A stretch of DNA of 62,707 nt, the filler included, from Sphacelaria rigidula (Eukaryota), in NCBI GenBank assembly GCA_964200075.2. It is 9 parts of 9 records of this genome, joined end to end, with 100 filler letters (N's around TTAATTAATTAA, not from the genome) between each part and the next. Parts side by side here need not be neighbours in the genome. Positions count along the whole stretch, not along the records: positions 48,853 to 55,730 come from CAXNAA020017614.1; positions 55,831 to 62,707 come from CAXNAA020017615.1; 7 more parts are not named here. One strand, 5' to 3'. The translations under genes were made by a program, and so were the position numbers. The stretch's first letter is position 1; every line of letters starts with the position of its first letter. The notes below the pieces were generated by a model. That model worked only from the letters and a program-made list of their open reading frames with translations. It did no database searches and was not told the origin of the DNA. Shown piece after piece: positions 50,918 through 62,707 of the stretch.

Positions 50918-53900
50918 CTGCTAGCGCGCTCCACTGCTTGGCCTTCTTCTGCAGAGCTTTCTCTTTAGCCTCGCTTTGCAAAATCTCCTGCTGATTTTGG
51001 GTCAGCCCCCCAACCCCACCCCCGCCTCCGCCCCCACCCACCGCTCCTCCTCGGTCACCCACAGCGCCACCACCGCCTGCTGCAGCAGCGCCTTTGGCCG
51101 AAGGTGCTCCGGCGCCTCCAGCGGCGAGGGCGGCGGCTGCCGCCGCCTTGGCAGCAGGGTTACTCTGGACACCCGGCTGCGATCGGTGCTGTTGCATCTG
51201 CGAATAGTTGAGAATCAGAGGAAGTGGGCGGAGGGAGGGGGGGGAATGAGAGGGACGGTAGTCATGCGGTGGAAGCCTTGGCTCACGCGTACTCGAGAGA
51301 ATGGTGCATTTCCATCAATGACGCGATACCCGATAACCCGATGGGTATACTCATGATCATGCATGCCATAGTCATAAGATCATTGACCTCGCATCCCTCC
51401 AAAGCCGGGACNNNNNNNNNNGCACGCCGGGTTTTCGCCGGACTGGGCTCACAATCAATCACCAAGCGCGAAGCGCCGTAGTGTGCTCGACGAGTCGCAT
51501 GAAGGGTGAGCCGCATCCTGCCACGATTGTTCGGCCCGAAGCCTACTGATTATCTTGCACTTGGATGACAGCCTCGAACGAGTTGTTTCATTTTCTGGTA
51601 TCGCCACTTCCAGAGACAGCCACGGCTCATACACTGCCTCATGGCTGTCTCACGATACACACCACGTGCGTCATCCCCGTTGTGCGGAGTTGAGGTTCTC
51701 CGACGCCGCGCAACATGATCTTGCTCTACTACCATTGTGATTACCACAAAGAAAACGCAAGCGCGCAAAAAAGACGGTAGCCTGGTCGCCTAGCTTACGC
51801 AGTGAGTGGCGTGTTTTATAGCGTTATCGCCAACCGACGCCAACCCCATCAGGCGGTAAAATACAAGTCATCTTCACTCTGAGAGTACACAATATCTTGG
51901 GGGGGAAGCGTAGCGTACACAGCTGGAATATTCGAACGACGTCCGCCGCGTATCGACAAGGGGGCACTGAAGATACGCCAACTAAAGGATACATATGCCC
52001 ACGTGACATCAATGCACCTGCGGACCACGCATCATCTGCTGACCAAACCCGCCACCTCCGCCCATTGGATATTGCCCGCCGGGTGGTCCGCGCGGAAATC
52101 CGCCGCCCATCTCATTGGGTCGCATGCCCATTGGCCCGCCGGGGCCGCTCATGCCTGTTAATCGCCAGGTGTTGGTGCAAGACGAACATAGCACAATACG
52201 ATTATTTCGTCATTGGTCTAGTAAGGAAAGCGCCTCACGGTTCGTACAAAACATCGTCATCAAAAGCAGAAACACCGAGAACGACACGGACACCGACGAA
52301 ATGAGACGAAGGACAGCACGCGGAAGGTACAGCGATTCGTACGCCTGCTCACCTCCCATGCCCCCCATGTTCAGCGAACCGCCTCCCTGGCCCGGGTGAG
52401 GAGGCATCCCACGCCCCATGCTACCCATGCCGGGCGGTGGCATACCCATACCCATTCCCATGCCAGGCCCTCGTGCCATTCCTATCAATCCGGGACAACA
52501 TGTACACAAACGCAGCATCAATACGTACGAGTCACGGCATGAAATGCAGTAGAGTTAACCGGAGTTGGGCTACAAAGTTGGATTGTTTGATATGAGTATG
52601 AATAACCGGATCTTTCGTGGGGCTTGACAGTCCCATGTACGTCCATGATAGCGTGCGCAAAACGCGTTCTGGGCGCCGATTTGAGGTCTACCAACGCCAC
52701 ATTTCGCCTAGGGAACCCTGAGCACCTCCCTTGCCCGAGGGTTCTCAGTCTGCCTTGGGTCGGGGTCGGGGTTCGGGTTAGCGATAGTTGTACAATGTGT
52801 CAACCATGAATAGGGTGTAGCCAAACTCCGGTTAGCCCGTCTCATGAAATGAGGGAGTGGCCTACAAGTTACGGCCAAAAAAAACGCAAGATGCGCGTCA
52901 TGTACCCCACTACTGTGCCAAGGAGGGAGAAGCTTTTCGCGCGCTTTCGGCCGTGCGAAGAGGACAGCGAACGCGCAACAACATGCGACGAGTGCGGTCC
53001 CGTGAGATGACACGGCGTGACACGGGACTCAGATTCACGGCTGCACAATCGCGTCACCATCGCCACCACCATCATCATCAGCATCAATAGCAATAACTCC
53101 ACCACCAGTAACAACAACTCACCCATTCCAGGGGGGGGCATACCGCCCTGCATCCCAGGGGGAGGGGCACCGTGAAACATGCCTCCTCCCATCATAGGCC
53201 CGCCGCGAGGACCTCCCATGCCAGGGGGGGCACCGCCTCCCTGTCGATTCCCATTGGGATGTCCACCTCCGGGGGGAGGGGGGCCGCCCATACCCGGGGG
53301 TGGAGGCCCACCCATTCCAGGGGGTGGGGGCCCGCCCATACCAGGGGGGGGAGGCCCGCCCATGCCTGCGGTACATCAAATCGCAAAATGGCGAGGTGAT
53401 CGCATTTGAAAAATGGGACGCGGAGAGCGGTTACCATACATGGTGGAGGATGGACATCCAAGGTGGATACTTGCTGCATTTTCTCCACGTCTTGAATACG
53501 GTAGCGGCCAAGCTGCCAAAAAGTTATGTAGCTGGACCTATTGTTGTGTAAATCTCGTTAAAAATAGACGGAATCTCGCGGCGGACGTTCAAGGAGAAAA
53601 AATATAAATGAACAGCCACAACTTCAAGCATCGGACGTGGAACCTGTGGGAGTTCGTTCCTAAATCGGCTATTCAGTTCTCCATGATGGCCGTTGGTTTG
53701 CTCCTTTCTCTGGTTTTATATATGGCGTATAGTACCGATAAAGGACAGCTAGAATCAAACAGTTAACGGCCGAGAGTAGGCAATGCTACGTATGGAATGG
53801 TGTCGGGAGATGAGTTGACCGTCACGGCGCGATTCAGCCATGGCGAAACTCCTGGAACACCTCCACATATTTCGCAAACCAGATCCGTATTGCCACTTTC

Positions 53901-54005
53901 CTCCACCATGCGACGTTACGGTCTGGAACCACGGGGTCTCGTCAACTCTCTCAACGGATTTGTATACGTACCGGGCGGACCTCCTCCACGTGGCGGCTGG
54001 TTCAT
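50918..54005 (-). CDS. Gly/Pro/Met-rich low-complexity protein N-terminus, possibly splicing factor Prp8; exons 53972-54005, 53123-53365, 52353-52481, 52018-52154, 50918-51197; 3' end unresolved
   Basis: ATG at 54005; canonical GT-AG introns with matching phases; MNQPPRGGGPPG(MGGPPPPG)x4...QQEILQSEAKEKALQKKAKQWSALA. The last motif resembles Prp8 EEKLQEKARKWQQL. Confidence 0.8.
51375..51852 (+). repeat. Dispersed repeat family R1 (copy 3, intronic; contains an 11-N gap)
   Basis: Homologous to 20938-21280 and, inverted, to 2548-2897. Confidence 0.85.
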
Positions 54006-55830
54006 CCTCGCCTCCCGATACTACAACTATTCACCGACAGACAGAAAGGCCAACAGACAGACGAATGAACACACGGACGGTTAGTAGCATGGTGGGATGG
54101 ATCGCGGGAAAAATAATGCTGCGGTGTGTGTGTATGTGTGTGTTGTTACCATGCTATTACTCGTCATGTTGCAGACGTACGAAATCGAACGACATCCCAC
54201 GACTAAAGTGAAGGTGCCCGCGCGAAGATGCAGGCGGTAGGTGTTATGGTACCGAGCCGTGTGTGGCTGGTGGATGGGGGAGGGGGGGGGGGTTCCGGGT
54301 TTCTTCGCGAGCACTTAACCGCACTGTATTTCATCTCTCCTTTCTTTGTTATCTCTTTCCTTTCTCGGATTTCGTCAGCGAGCGCTCCATTCATTCACCT
54401 TGCGTACGTCTTTTCTCGTGATGACGGCTGGACGATTCCACACCCTGGACAATGACATATATCGACAATAGATGCAATAGACAAGAAAAATGTGCTGCGT
54501 AAAGTACAGGCCTATTGCAACTGTAGACCACACACATCATGTTCAAGGTGTGAACAATTCGTAGTATAATACATCAGCTCATGTGCGACAGTCAAGTCAA
54601 ATCAATCACTCGGACATGTTGCAAGGGGGATGTGATGTACATGGTACTCCTGATGCACAAGATATTCAAACGCAGTACAGCACTGCTTGTGTACCACTAT
54701 GCTTACTGACCGCACCTGCTTTTGCAACTACTGGTCGCAGCCAAAGCTCTCAGCTTTGCCAGACGTGAATCGCGAAACAAGCTTACCTCATAATATTTCG
54801 AGTTCCCAGTCGGGAAAAAGGGTGTAAGTCGTGGAATATCAACTCATCCCCGGAAGGATGGTCATTATCCAGAAGCCGTGGTCATTATCCACACGATAAA
54901 TGACCCCAAGGTAAGCAAAATGATAACGTTCGCGCAGGAAAAATAAAAGTGGAAAAAACAAAAAAGGTACAACGAAAAAATCGGAGTTCAATGAAAATTA
55001 AAAAAACTAACATGAAACTTAGCAGAAAAAGGAAAGGAACGGAGAAGGACTAAAAAAAAACTTAATATTGAAAATAAAAGGTGACCATAAAGGAAATGGA
55101 CGCATGAGATTTTGGCCCCTGCAGCACGGCTTCAGGTGAAAAAGGCCGTGCGCGAGACGAAAAAATGCTCATGTACCTATACACGAAAAACAAAAAAAGT
55201 CGTGGGAGCAGATCGCGGCTCAGCCATTTAGGATCATAACACGCGGGCATGATCTGTCACCCACTAGCCGTCCGGAAGTGGGGCACCAACCTGCTTCTGT
55301 GTAACGCTAAGAGAATAGAAATGGCGAGAGAGTAATGAAAGAGAGAGCAGACAAGGAGAATACGGAAGCTACGGAATTCAAGGACTTAGTTGAGCAGAAG
55401 TAAAAGAGCCTAGCTGTGGACTGCTGGAAGACCACAAGCCAAAGGAAAAAGTCAACAACCGATGAGAGAAGACAGGGGTGGATGAGTTTCCATGTTAACC
55501 CAGCCTCCCACACTTACCCCTAGCGGGGTATATAGAGGGACACTATCTCGACCATTCTCATCCCCCATAGATTCCTCAATTCCGTATCCACCACAGTATA
55601 GTCATTCAGTCCTGCGCCATAGCAAAAATTGAAATATATCTGGATGCCCGCACACTAAGGCCGCTTCTTATAATAGACAAAAATAAAATCCTGGAAGAGT
55701 GTATTTTTGGAGCTTTTACGTCGTTTTACGNNNNNNNNNNNNNNNNNNNNNNNNNNNNNNNNNNNNNNNNNNNNTTAATTAATTAANNNNNNNNNNNNNN
55801 NNNNNNNNNNNNNNNNNNNNNNNNNNNNNN

Positions 55831-55901
55831 ATACATACATACATACATACATACATACATACATACATACATACATACATACATACATACAATACATACA
55901 T
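55831..55901 (+). repeat. (ATAC)n microsatellite
   Basis: Direct reading of the sequence. Confidence 0.98.
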
Positions 55902-56170
55902 GGCATGCATATATGGTACGAAACGGTTACCAGTTTAACTAACACATCACAATATATACCATGTCAACTTGTAGTTCTTGTCGTCTCTCATGAAAACACA
56001 TCGACGAAAATCTCTTGCCAAGATTTGAACGGCATATTCCGATTTCGGGGCACATTCTAAAGCACACAACATTCTATTGATTACACCAAACAACACTGCA
56101 CGACCCCAGCGTGAGTTTGTTTCTGGTACTTGCACATCTACTCATGATATTATGTCCACTTTCGTATTAA

Positions 56171-56298
56171 ATCTTTTGGAACCCACTGACGATTCTTGTT
56201 TCTGTGAATCGGCATCATTTTAACTTGAAAATGACTGAAAATGACTGAAAATGATACCGATTTACAAAAACAGATATCGTCAATGGGTTCCAAAGGGG
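56171..56298. mobile_element. TTAA-flanked (piggyBac-type) mini-MITE
   Basis: TTAA at 56167-56170 and 56299-56302; ~50-bp TIRs (TTTGGAACCCACTGACGAT / ATCGTCAATGGGTTCCAAAGGGG). A related right end (TGAATCGGCATC...AAGGG-TTAA) lies at 13959-14042. Confidence 0.75.
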
Positions 56299-56496
56299 TT
56301 AATTTTGAATGTTTTTGTACCAAGTCTGAACATTTTCGTATGAGCTCAGAACATTTTCGTATTAACGCAAGAAACAATTCTGACTGATTTAGTCTATTTT
56401 CGTGCTACTATCGTCTGTTTTCGTGATAATTTCGTCTATTTTCATGTTAAATTATTGGAGTGCGATCATGAAGTAATATGCCGCATATATACAGAC

Positions 56497-59400
56497 CTGC
56501 ATCAACGATATTTTGAGGTCTGTTTGGTGGCTGAGCTCCAACGCGAACTGCGGGTTGTTCTCCAGCTCGCACGCCTGAGTACCACGCACGCGCGCGCGCA
56601 CCAACGAGCATAGGCCCACAAACCGACCGACATTGAGGCGGAATATGAAGAAAGTGCGCGAACCTCAACAACAATATCAACGAGAGCGGCAGTAACAACG
56701 GCAACAGTACAACGGCAGTAGCAACAGCGGCAGCAGCGGCAGCCGCAGCACCAGCTGTAGCGTACGCGCAGCAACACCTAAATCATTAGTACCCGCTCTT
56801 TGTGTGCATGCGGGAGTCCCTTTTGGAATCCGCCTTTTGGAAAAAACACTACTTTGAGTATCGAATCCGTCCATAGGCATCTTTTTTGTTTCAGATAAAC
56901 TGTACTTTGCACTCATTGTTCGGGTATGCATTTGACATCTTAATAAGATCTTTTGTTTACGACGATATTTCACTGATATTGTGAGGCTCTTCCCTCATCC
57001 AGCACGACACGACATTGTCCACGGTTGAGACCCCCTCTCACCCCCTCGTCTCTCGATACCTTTTGTAGGGCAGACGGAAGCCCTGCAGCCGTGTCGATAT
57101 CTTCTCGCATTTCCCAGCTACCAGACTTTTCAATCGTCGTCCATCGCCTGAACGGTTGAAGTGCATGGGAAAACATGAAATAGTGAAGCAACTTTGCGAA
57201 CCGTTCATCAACTCATGAGCGATTAGCAAATCAGGATTGTCAGCTAGTATAACCTAAATGTTGTATCAATTCCGTACAGTGCCTTTGTTGTTTTGTTTTG
57301 TTTTGTTTTGTTTTCTCAAGCCTACGTTGTCTGTTCTACCGTTTCTGTTTTTCTCACCTTTTCCTCAGCGACTGTCTTAGTTTCGTTTCATCTCGGGTAC
57401 ACCTACGACGTGACTACGGCTGGATCCCTGGGGGATGAGTTGAAAGGCGACAACCAATCAATCAAAGTATCATGTTCGAATCCAAACACAAGGATCGCCT
57501 TCTTGCTGAAGAGCAGTAGCCGCTCTGCACGTCCCCACTAACTGCAAGTGACAGTAGTAGTGCACACACAGAGGGGTTAGGATCGCCCTGACATACACTC
57601 ATTTGTGCACCGCTACTGCCTTCCCTCCTCCTCGTCCCACCGGCCATTCATCTTAGCTAGCTCACCGGGGGTCATACCAACGGCAGACGTACAGACTGCG
57701 GAATGCCACGCAGAAATCATTAAACGACATCCAGAACGCGTTATCCTTGTCATCTTCCACCAGGCCCAGGCGCGCCCGTCGACGACGTGTCCACAACGCC
57801 GAATGATCTCCCCAATCTCCTTTCCACTCCTGGCACAGTCACAGGAATTCACGGTATCACTCTTGCTTAGGTGCTTGTCCATCATTTTCGATTTCCGGGT
57901 GATTTGCCCACAGCACAACCGAGACAGATGAAAGTGATGGGTGGGCGGAGGGGGGGGGGGCGAGGAAACCCAGGGGAGCGCATGCGGGAACGGGGAAGGG
58001 CTGGTCTGGCAAAATATGAGCTAGATTATATATTACAGAATTCCAGAAACGAGATTTTTTCCCTTCATTATGTACGCGTAACGTGCGTATCTCTGATGAA
58101 GTTGACAGTTCCGAAAACTTCCCGTAGTTTGCCTAAAAAGTTGAGATTCCGAATGTATTGTGTGAAAAAGAAAGTGTTTTCAGAGCTCTCGACGTACACG
58201 AGATAGACCTTTGCAGAAGATTTGCTGACAAAGAAGACCCGCATTTCCGTAATTCTCTACTAATGTGAACTTCAACGTGCGCGGTCTCAGTCGTCGAGAC
58301 GTGCTAATTTTCTCTCTGACCAACCGTTACAAGTGCGGAGGGGCTTTTTAGAACCTATTTTGCTGTGTTTTTCTCCACGAAGCGTATGCAGTTCGCTAGT
58401 CTGACAGCACTCGTCACCGTCCAATACACCCGTGAAATCAGCTCAGATATTGAGCACGATAAGCAAGGGCTCACTTGTTGTACTTTTCTGCGTACCACTG
58501 CAAAAAACCTGCATCAACTAGACGCGTACATATACGCACAAGCTCCTTTGCAAACGTATTGCGAATCGCTACGAAAAAGTACCATCACTCAATACGATTA
58601 TCCCACAAGGAAAGCTGTTGAGATAGATAGGTAGCTCTTGAAGGATTCCACCACACGCAACCTCTCCCGAACAGGACGGACGGACGGATGGAGCACGATT
58701 TTCCCGACGATGGTGCAAAGTTACCCTTTTCTACTTCTGTGCTCAGAGGGGCCAAATTTCACGTCTTATTTCAAACATTTATATCCCTCCTGTTATCCAC
58801 AGCACCCCGTAAGTGAGGGGGGGAGGAACCCATGTACCGTCGGTATGCGTGCATCCATTCACCTATGTGAAGAGCTCAATCTGGGTGAATTTTTCTCTTA
58901 CTCGATATTTTCATGGACGATTAGGCGGGCTCGGGGGGGATTCCTCGCAGATAGTGTCTATGTTTCTGTGCACATATTTATCAAGAACGGGGATATCACA
59001 CGACACATCGTCCCTGTATTCTCACCGCCGGCGAGAGCAGAACCACAGCATTCAAAGTCAATCTAATAAAATGTTTAGGATGGCATCGAAAGGACACATA
59101 TATCATTATGCATTTCAACTAGCTGCACCCTCGTCTTGAAAGCTAACTATTCATCTCTCGGTTCGTACTCCACCCTGCTTCGTCGCCGCGTGCCCCGTAA
59201 TTAAACTCGCTCTGCTATCAAATGTCATACTATCGATTCCCCCCTCCCCCCACCCCCCCCCTGCCTCGCGACCGTAAAAGCAGTTGCAATAGCAGAACCG
59301 CCTGTGATCCCGGCATGTAGTGACCGAATCGTGTGTGGAGAGCTGGGTTCATGAGGTGGTGTCATCAGCAGACCAAAAGGCAAGTGCAGTAACATGTAGG

Positions 59401-62166
59401 TGGACCTATGTTGATATTGACATTTTCCAGTATTCGTTGTTGTGCTAGGGTAAGATACTCTTTAACTTCGGAAGCGTCTCCACTGGGTCACAATCCTGTG
59501 ACAAAGTCTGTGCACCTGAAAGAGCCATGCTTCACACATTATGCAGGCCAAACATCACTTGACCTAAGCACTTCATATCTAGCTACTAGCTCATACGAAG
59601 TTTCCGGGAGTTTTGTGTAGCCGGGGTCGTCCTGAGTGCGTACGCATTTGCGGGCATGTATTTATTGTCGTATGTTTGCTCAGATGCTTCATGAGAAAAT
59701 CGTCGCGAAACGACAAAGGACGACCACCTGATCGATGAACCAATTAATTAAACAACAAACCAACCAGCCGACGTCCGAATAGGTTCGACCGCTGGCTTTC
59801 GTGAGACAGAAATGGCTCCGCTTCCTTGCTAGCAAGGTGACTGAAATACAAAAGTAAGTCCTACTGTATTACAGCGGTACGTGCGCTCTTGTTTGATGAC
59901 GGTCGTCTTTATTTTCCTCTCGTTTTTTGTTTCGATCATAGCTTTTTGTTTTTCACCTCGTGATCTCCAGGTGGGTTCCTGAGCTTGATGAGCTGCTCCT
60001 TGTCCAATTGCCGAACGTCGAGGATGGTGTAGGCCGCACCGAACACCAAACCAATGTCTTGGATCTGATCAGCGGTCAACACCGCGTTGAAGTGTGAGAG
60101 GGAAGGGAGCACGCGGAGGCGTTTTTACAGTAGTAGGCCAGAGCACGTCACATTGTCATCTGTTTTTATTCTTGACGTGTCCATCGAGTCTCTCTTGCCT
60201 TGCTTCATCCCTTAAATGTGCTCGGCATCAATTTCCCAATTGTTTTCCGTCTATTCTGCATATGCCTTGCCTACGACTATCTTGCCACGAAGGAGGCTGG
60301 ATTTGAACAGAGTGAATCAACTCATGTAAAACAGTTGATCAATGAATAGTATCAATCCGTCAATCACCCCGAGATCCGATCGCGGTCGGTGTTGCGTGTG
60401 CATGGCTGAAACTTTCCTCAATTGTGAGGGCTACAGCACGGTAACTGTTGCGCCGGTACACTTCAAGAGTCGCTTCAAAACAACTCTTCCGTTCGCAACG
60501 ATATACTCGGTTCTTTCCACCGCTTCGTTTTCCTCTCAAGCGTCTAAGCCGCTGGGTGCTGGACACAATGCAATGTCTACGCGGTGCAGGAAGATCCGTA
60601 AACGATACAAAAATATCATCTGCACAACAGTAGCGATATTCGTTCGAGACTTGTGCGTCAGAGGAAGAATTGCAGTCCCATACACCCAAAGATGAGGTGC
60701 TACGCATGACAGCACAAAGGCGGCTCGCTGTTCAAGAAAAAACAATTATAAGCAGGATTCCTGTTTCAAAACAAACCCGAAGATACTGGACCATATATTC
60801 TGTCTCCTATTCTAGCGTTTTCATGTAGGGATTGGCGTGTGGGCGGCCTTTAATTAAGTCCTATTTCTCATGCCGAGACTCTTATACGCAATCAACCGTC
60901 ATCTACACGTGCGTCTGTCAGAAAGGAGGTGAACTTCCGAAGTGTTATGAAGAATATCACCCTCTCGGAGGCAAGGCTATACATTTTCATAACACACATT
61001 TCTCCAATCAAGAGACGGCCGGCAGTCACGCGCTTCGAAACGTTCGTGTCGTGTAGTTGGGAAAAATAAATACATACAAATGATATCTTCGGGAAAGTTT
61101 TTGTTCCCCGGTCTTTTCCACAAAAACAAACCCACGGAAATTCTCCGAATTCATAGGTATGCTCGCTCTTGCTTTGTCCCGAAAGAGCAAAAGATACGAG
61201 GGCGAAAACAAAACTGCAGCCTCTGGGAGGATAGGGGTGTGATATCCCACGTCTCCTACATTACGTTATCGTTTGTTGAAGTACTCACTTGTTTCTCCAC
61301 CAGGTTTCCAGTGATGGTTCCCGCCCCCATGATGTATCCATTTCGGCGATATCTATTTGTTATTTGTTATTCGCCCAGAAGAAGACGAATGTCATGGAGA
61401 ACAACACACGCACACACCCGAACAATTAGGAATCAGATAAGGTTTTGCGGTGCACGATAGCGACACGGCGGTCGGCACGGATTAGGTGGTGGACGACAGC
61501 TGGCAATGTAAAGCCCAAACGGAGCGCTGTCTTTGACAAGGTAAAATCGTACAGGACAAATTCAGAGCGGCAAAATGAGAGAGGCAATCACAGAAGTAAT
61601 ATCGTTCGTCCTTCCTTCCTCGTCTGCTCGGTTTCTCTGCGACAATTGTGGACACCCAGTACATATGTTGTTACAAGCAACCAGATGCGAACGGGAAACG
61701 AGCATCAAAATCGAAATGTCAAATGATCCAGAACAAAACGCAAGTGATACCACTCTATTTGATCATTCATTACTTGAGCTCGCGCATTTGATGGTGCCGA
61801 ATAAGTAGATCCAAAGCGTGTTCAAGCGCTGCTGCACAGGTAGCGTGAGACGCACCCGACTATGTCCTCATTTTTTTCAGTGCCGACAAGGCCCTTCATG
61901 GTCGAGGACGGAGCTTTTCGACTTCCTCTACCCTGACCAACATCCCCGAAGAAAAAAGGGGGAAAAAAACAAGAAAATGAATAGGTTGCCTTCTGCTTGA
62001 TTTACACTCGCTTGGTCATCTTCTTCCACAGGGTCTTCTTAGCCAACCCCTTCCCGGCCCCAGACAGAAAAATCTCCTCTGACTGAGCTCCCGTGAATGC
62101 TCTGAGTGCATGGTGCACATGACCCGTTTCCAGCGCGCCGTAGCTCCCGAAGTACTTTGCGTACGC
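56497..62166 (-). CDS. Calpain-family (C2/CysPc plus domain III) protein, internal fragment, predicted non-catalytic; exons 62012-62166, 61289-61352, 59957-60064, 57666-57829, 57060-57147, 56497-56574
   Basis: Spliced frame AYAKYFGSYGALETG...AFTG...LWKKMTKYRRNGYIMGAG...GLVFGAAYTILDVR...LIKLRNPPG..EWKGDWGDHS..WT...AFWMSFNDFCVAF...GSW...TAAG...NNPQF. Phases consistent, no stops. Not shown in frame by the ORF track. Confidence 0.92.
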
Positions 62167-62707
62167 CTACGATTCGATACGGCGTGCATAGCGAATAAAT
62201 GGATAAATGAATAATGAGCAGACGAACAAAATATAATCGAAACTATACGTATAAAACAGAGAGATGGGTATACGTACAGATAGAGTGCTAACGATAATAT
62301 TAGTGATATATTTGTTACGACGAGGTCACCGGTACCTACAGGCGACAGATACAGAATTGACGAATGAATACGTGCTTTTTACGCCGATAGCCCGATGGAG
62401 GCAAACAGTTGTTCACACCCTGGACAATAGACGACATCTATTGCAATAACAATAGAAAATGTTGCAGTAGATGCCGATATTGTCGTCCGTAATGGCCATC
62501 GATCGTCAAGGTTATCTTTCTATTGTCGTTGACGATGCCTACCAACAGATCGGTTTCCCCCACTCTTGTCTGGGCAGCAGTCTGCTGTGGCTCTACACCG
62601 AGATCTATTGCGGCCGACCAAATGCATCGATCAATAGCTTTCCAAATCTATTGATGACGGCAATGGCTATCGATAGACCGCGTGCCAAATCTATTGATGA
62701 CGACGAT

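Overview
This window is not one locus. It is nine unrelated contigs of 6,877-6,879 bp, ordered by length and joined by 100-bp N spacers with a TTAATTAATTAA linker. The DNA is eukaryotic, intron-rich and repeat-rich, and most likely from a brown alga (inferred from gene structure and repeat style), so most ORF-track ORFs are spurious. Manual splicing gives five partial genes: (1) an aquaporin with NSA in place of the first NPA and a probable broken donor; (2) a nearly complete G6PD with a GC-AG intron; (3) a Gly/Pro/Met-rich protein ending in a Prp8-like motif; (4) a calpain-family protein with catalytic His replaced by Ala; (5) the best candidate for something undescribed, a ~10-exon, now disrupted gene in contig 5. 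Gene 5 appears to fuse a beta-class N4C/N6A DNA-methyltransferase-like fold to a C-terminal SET-like domain, both lacking catalytic motifs, with basic NLS-like patches and an acidic tail. The rest is decayed Ty1/copia and Ty3/gypsy elements, LINE 3' ends with C-rich tails, tRNA-derived SINEs, several MITE types, minisatellites and a ~600-bp palindrome. All domain calls are by-eye motif matches, not database searches.
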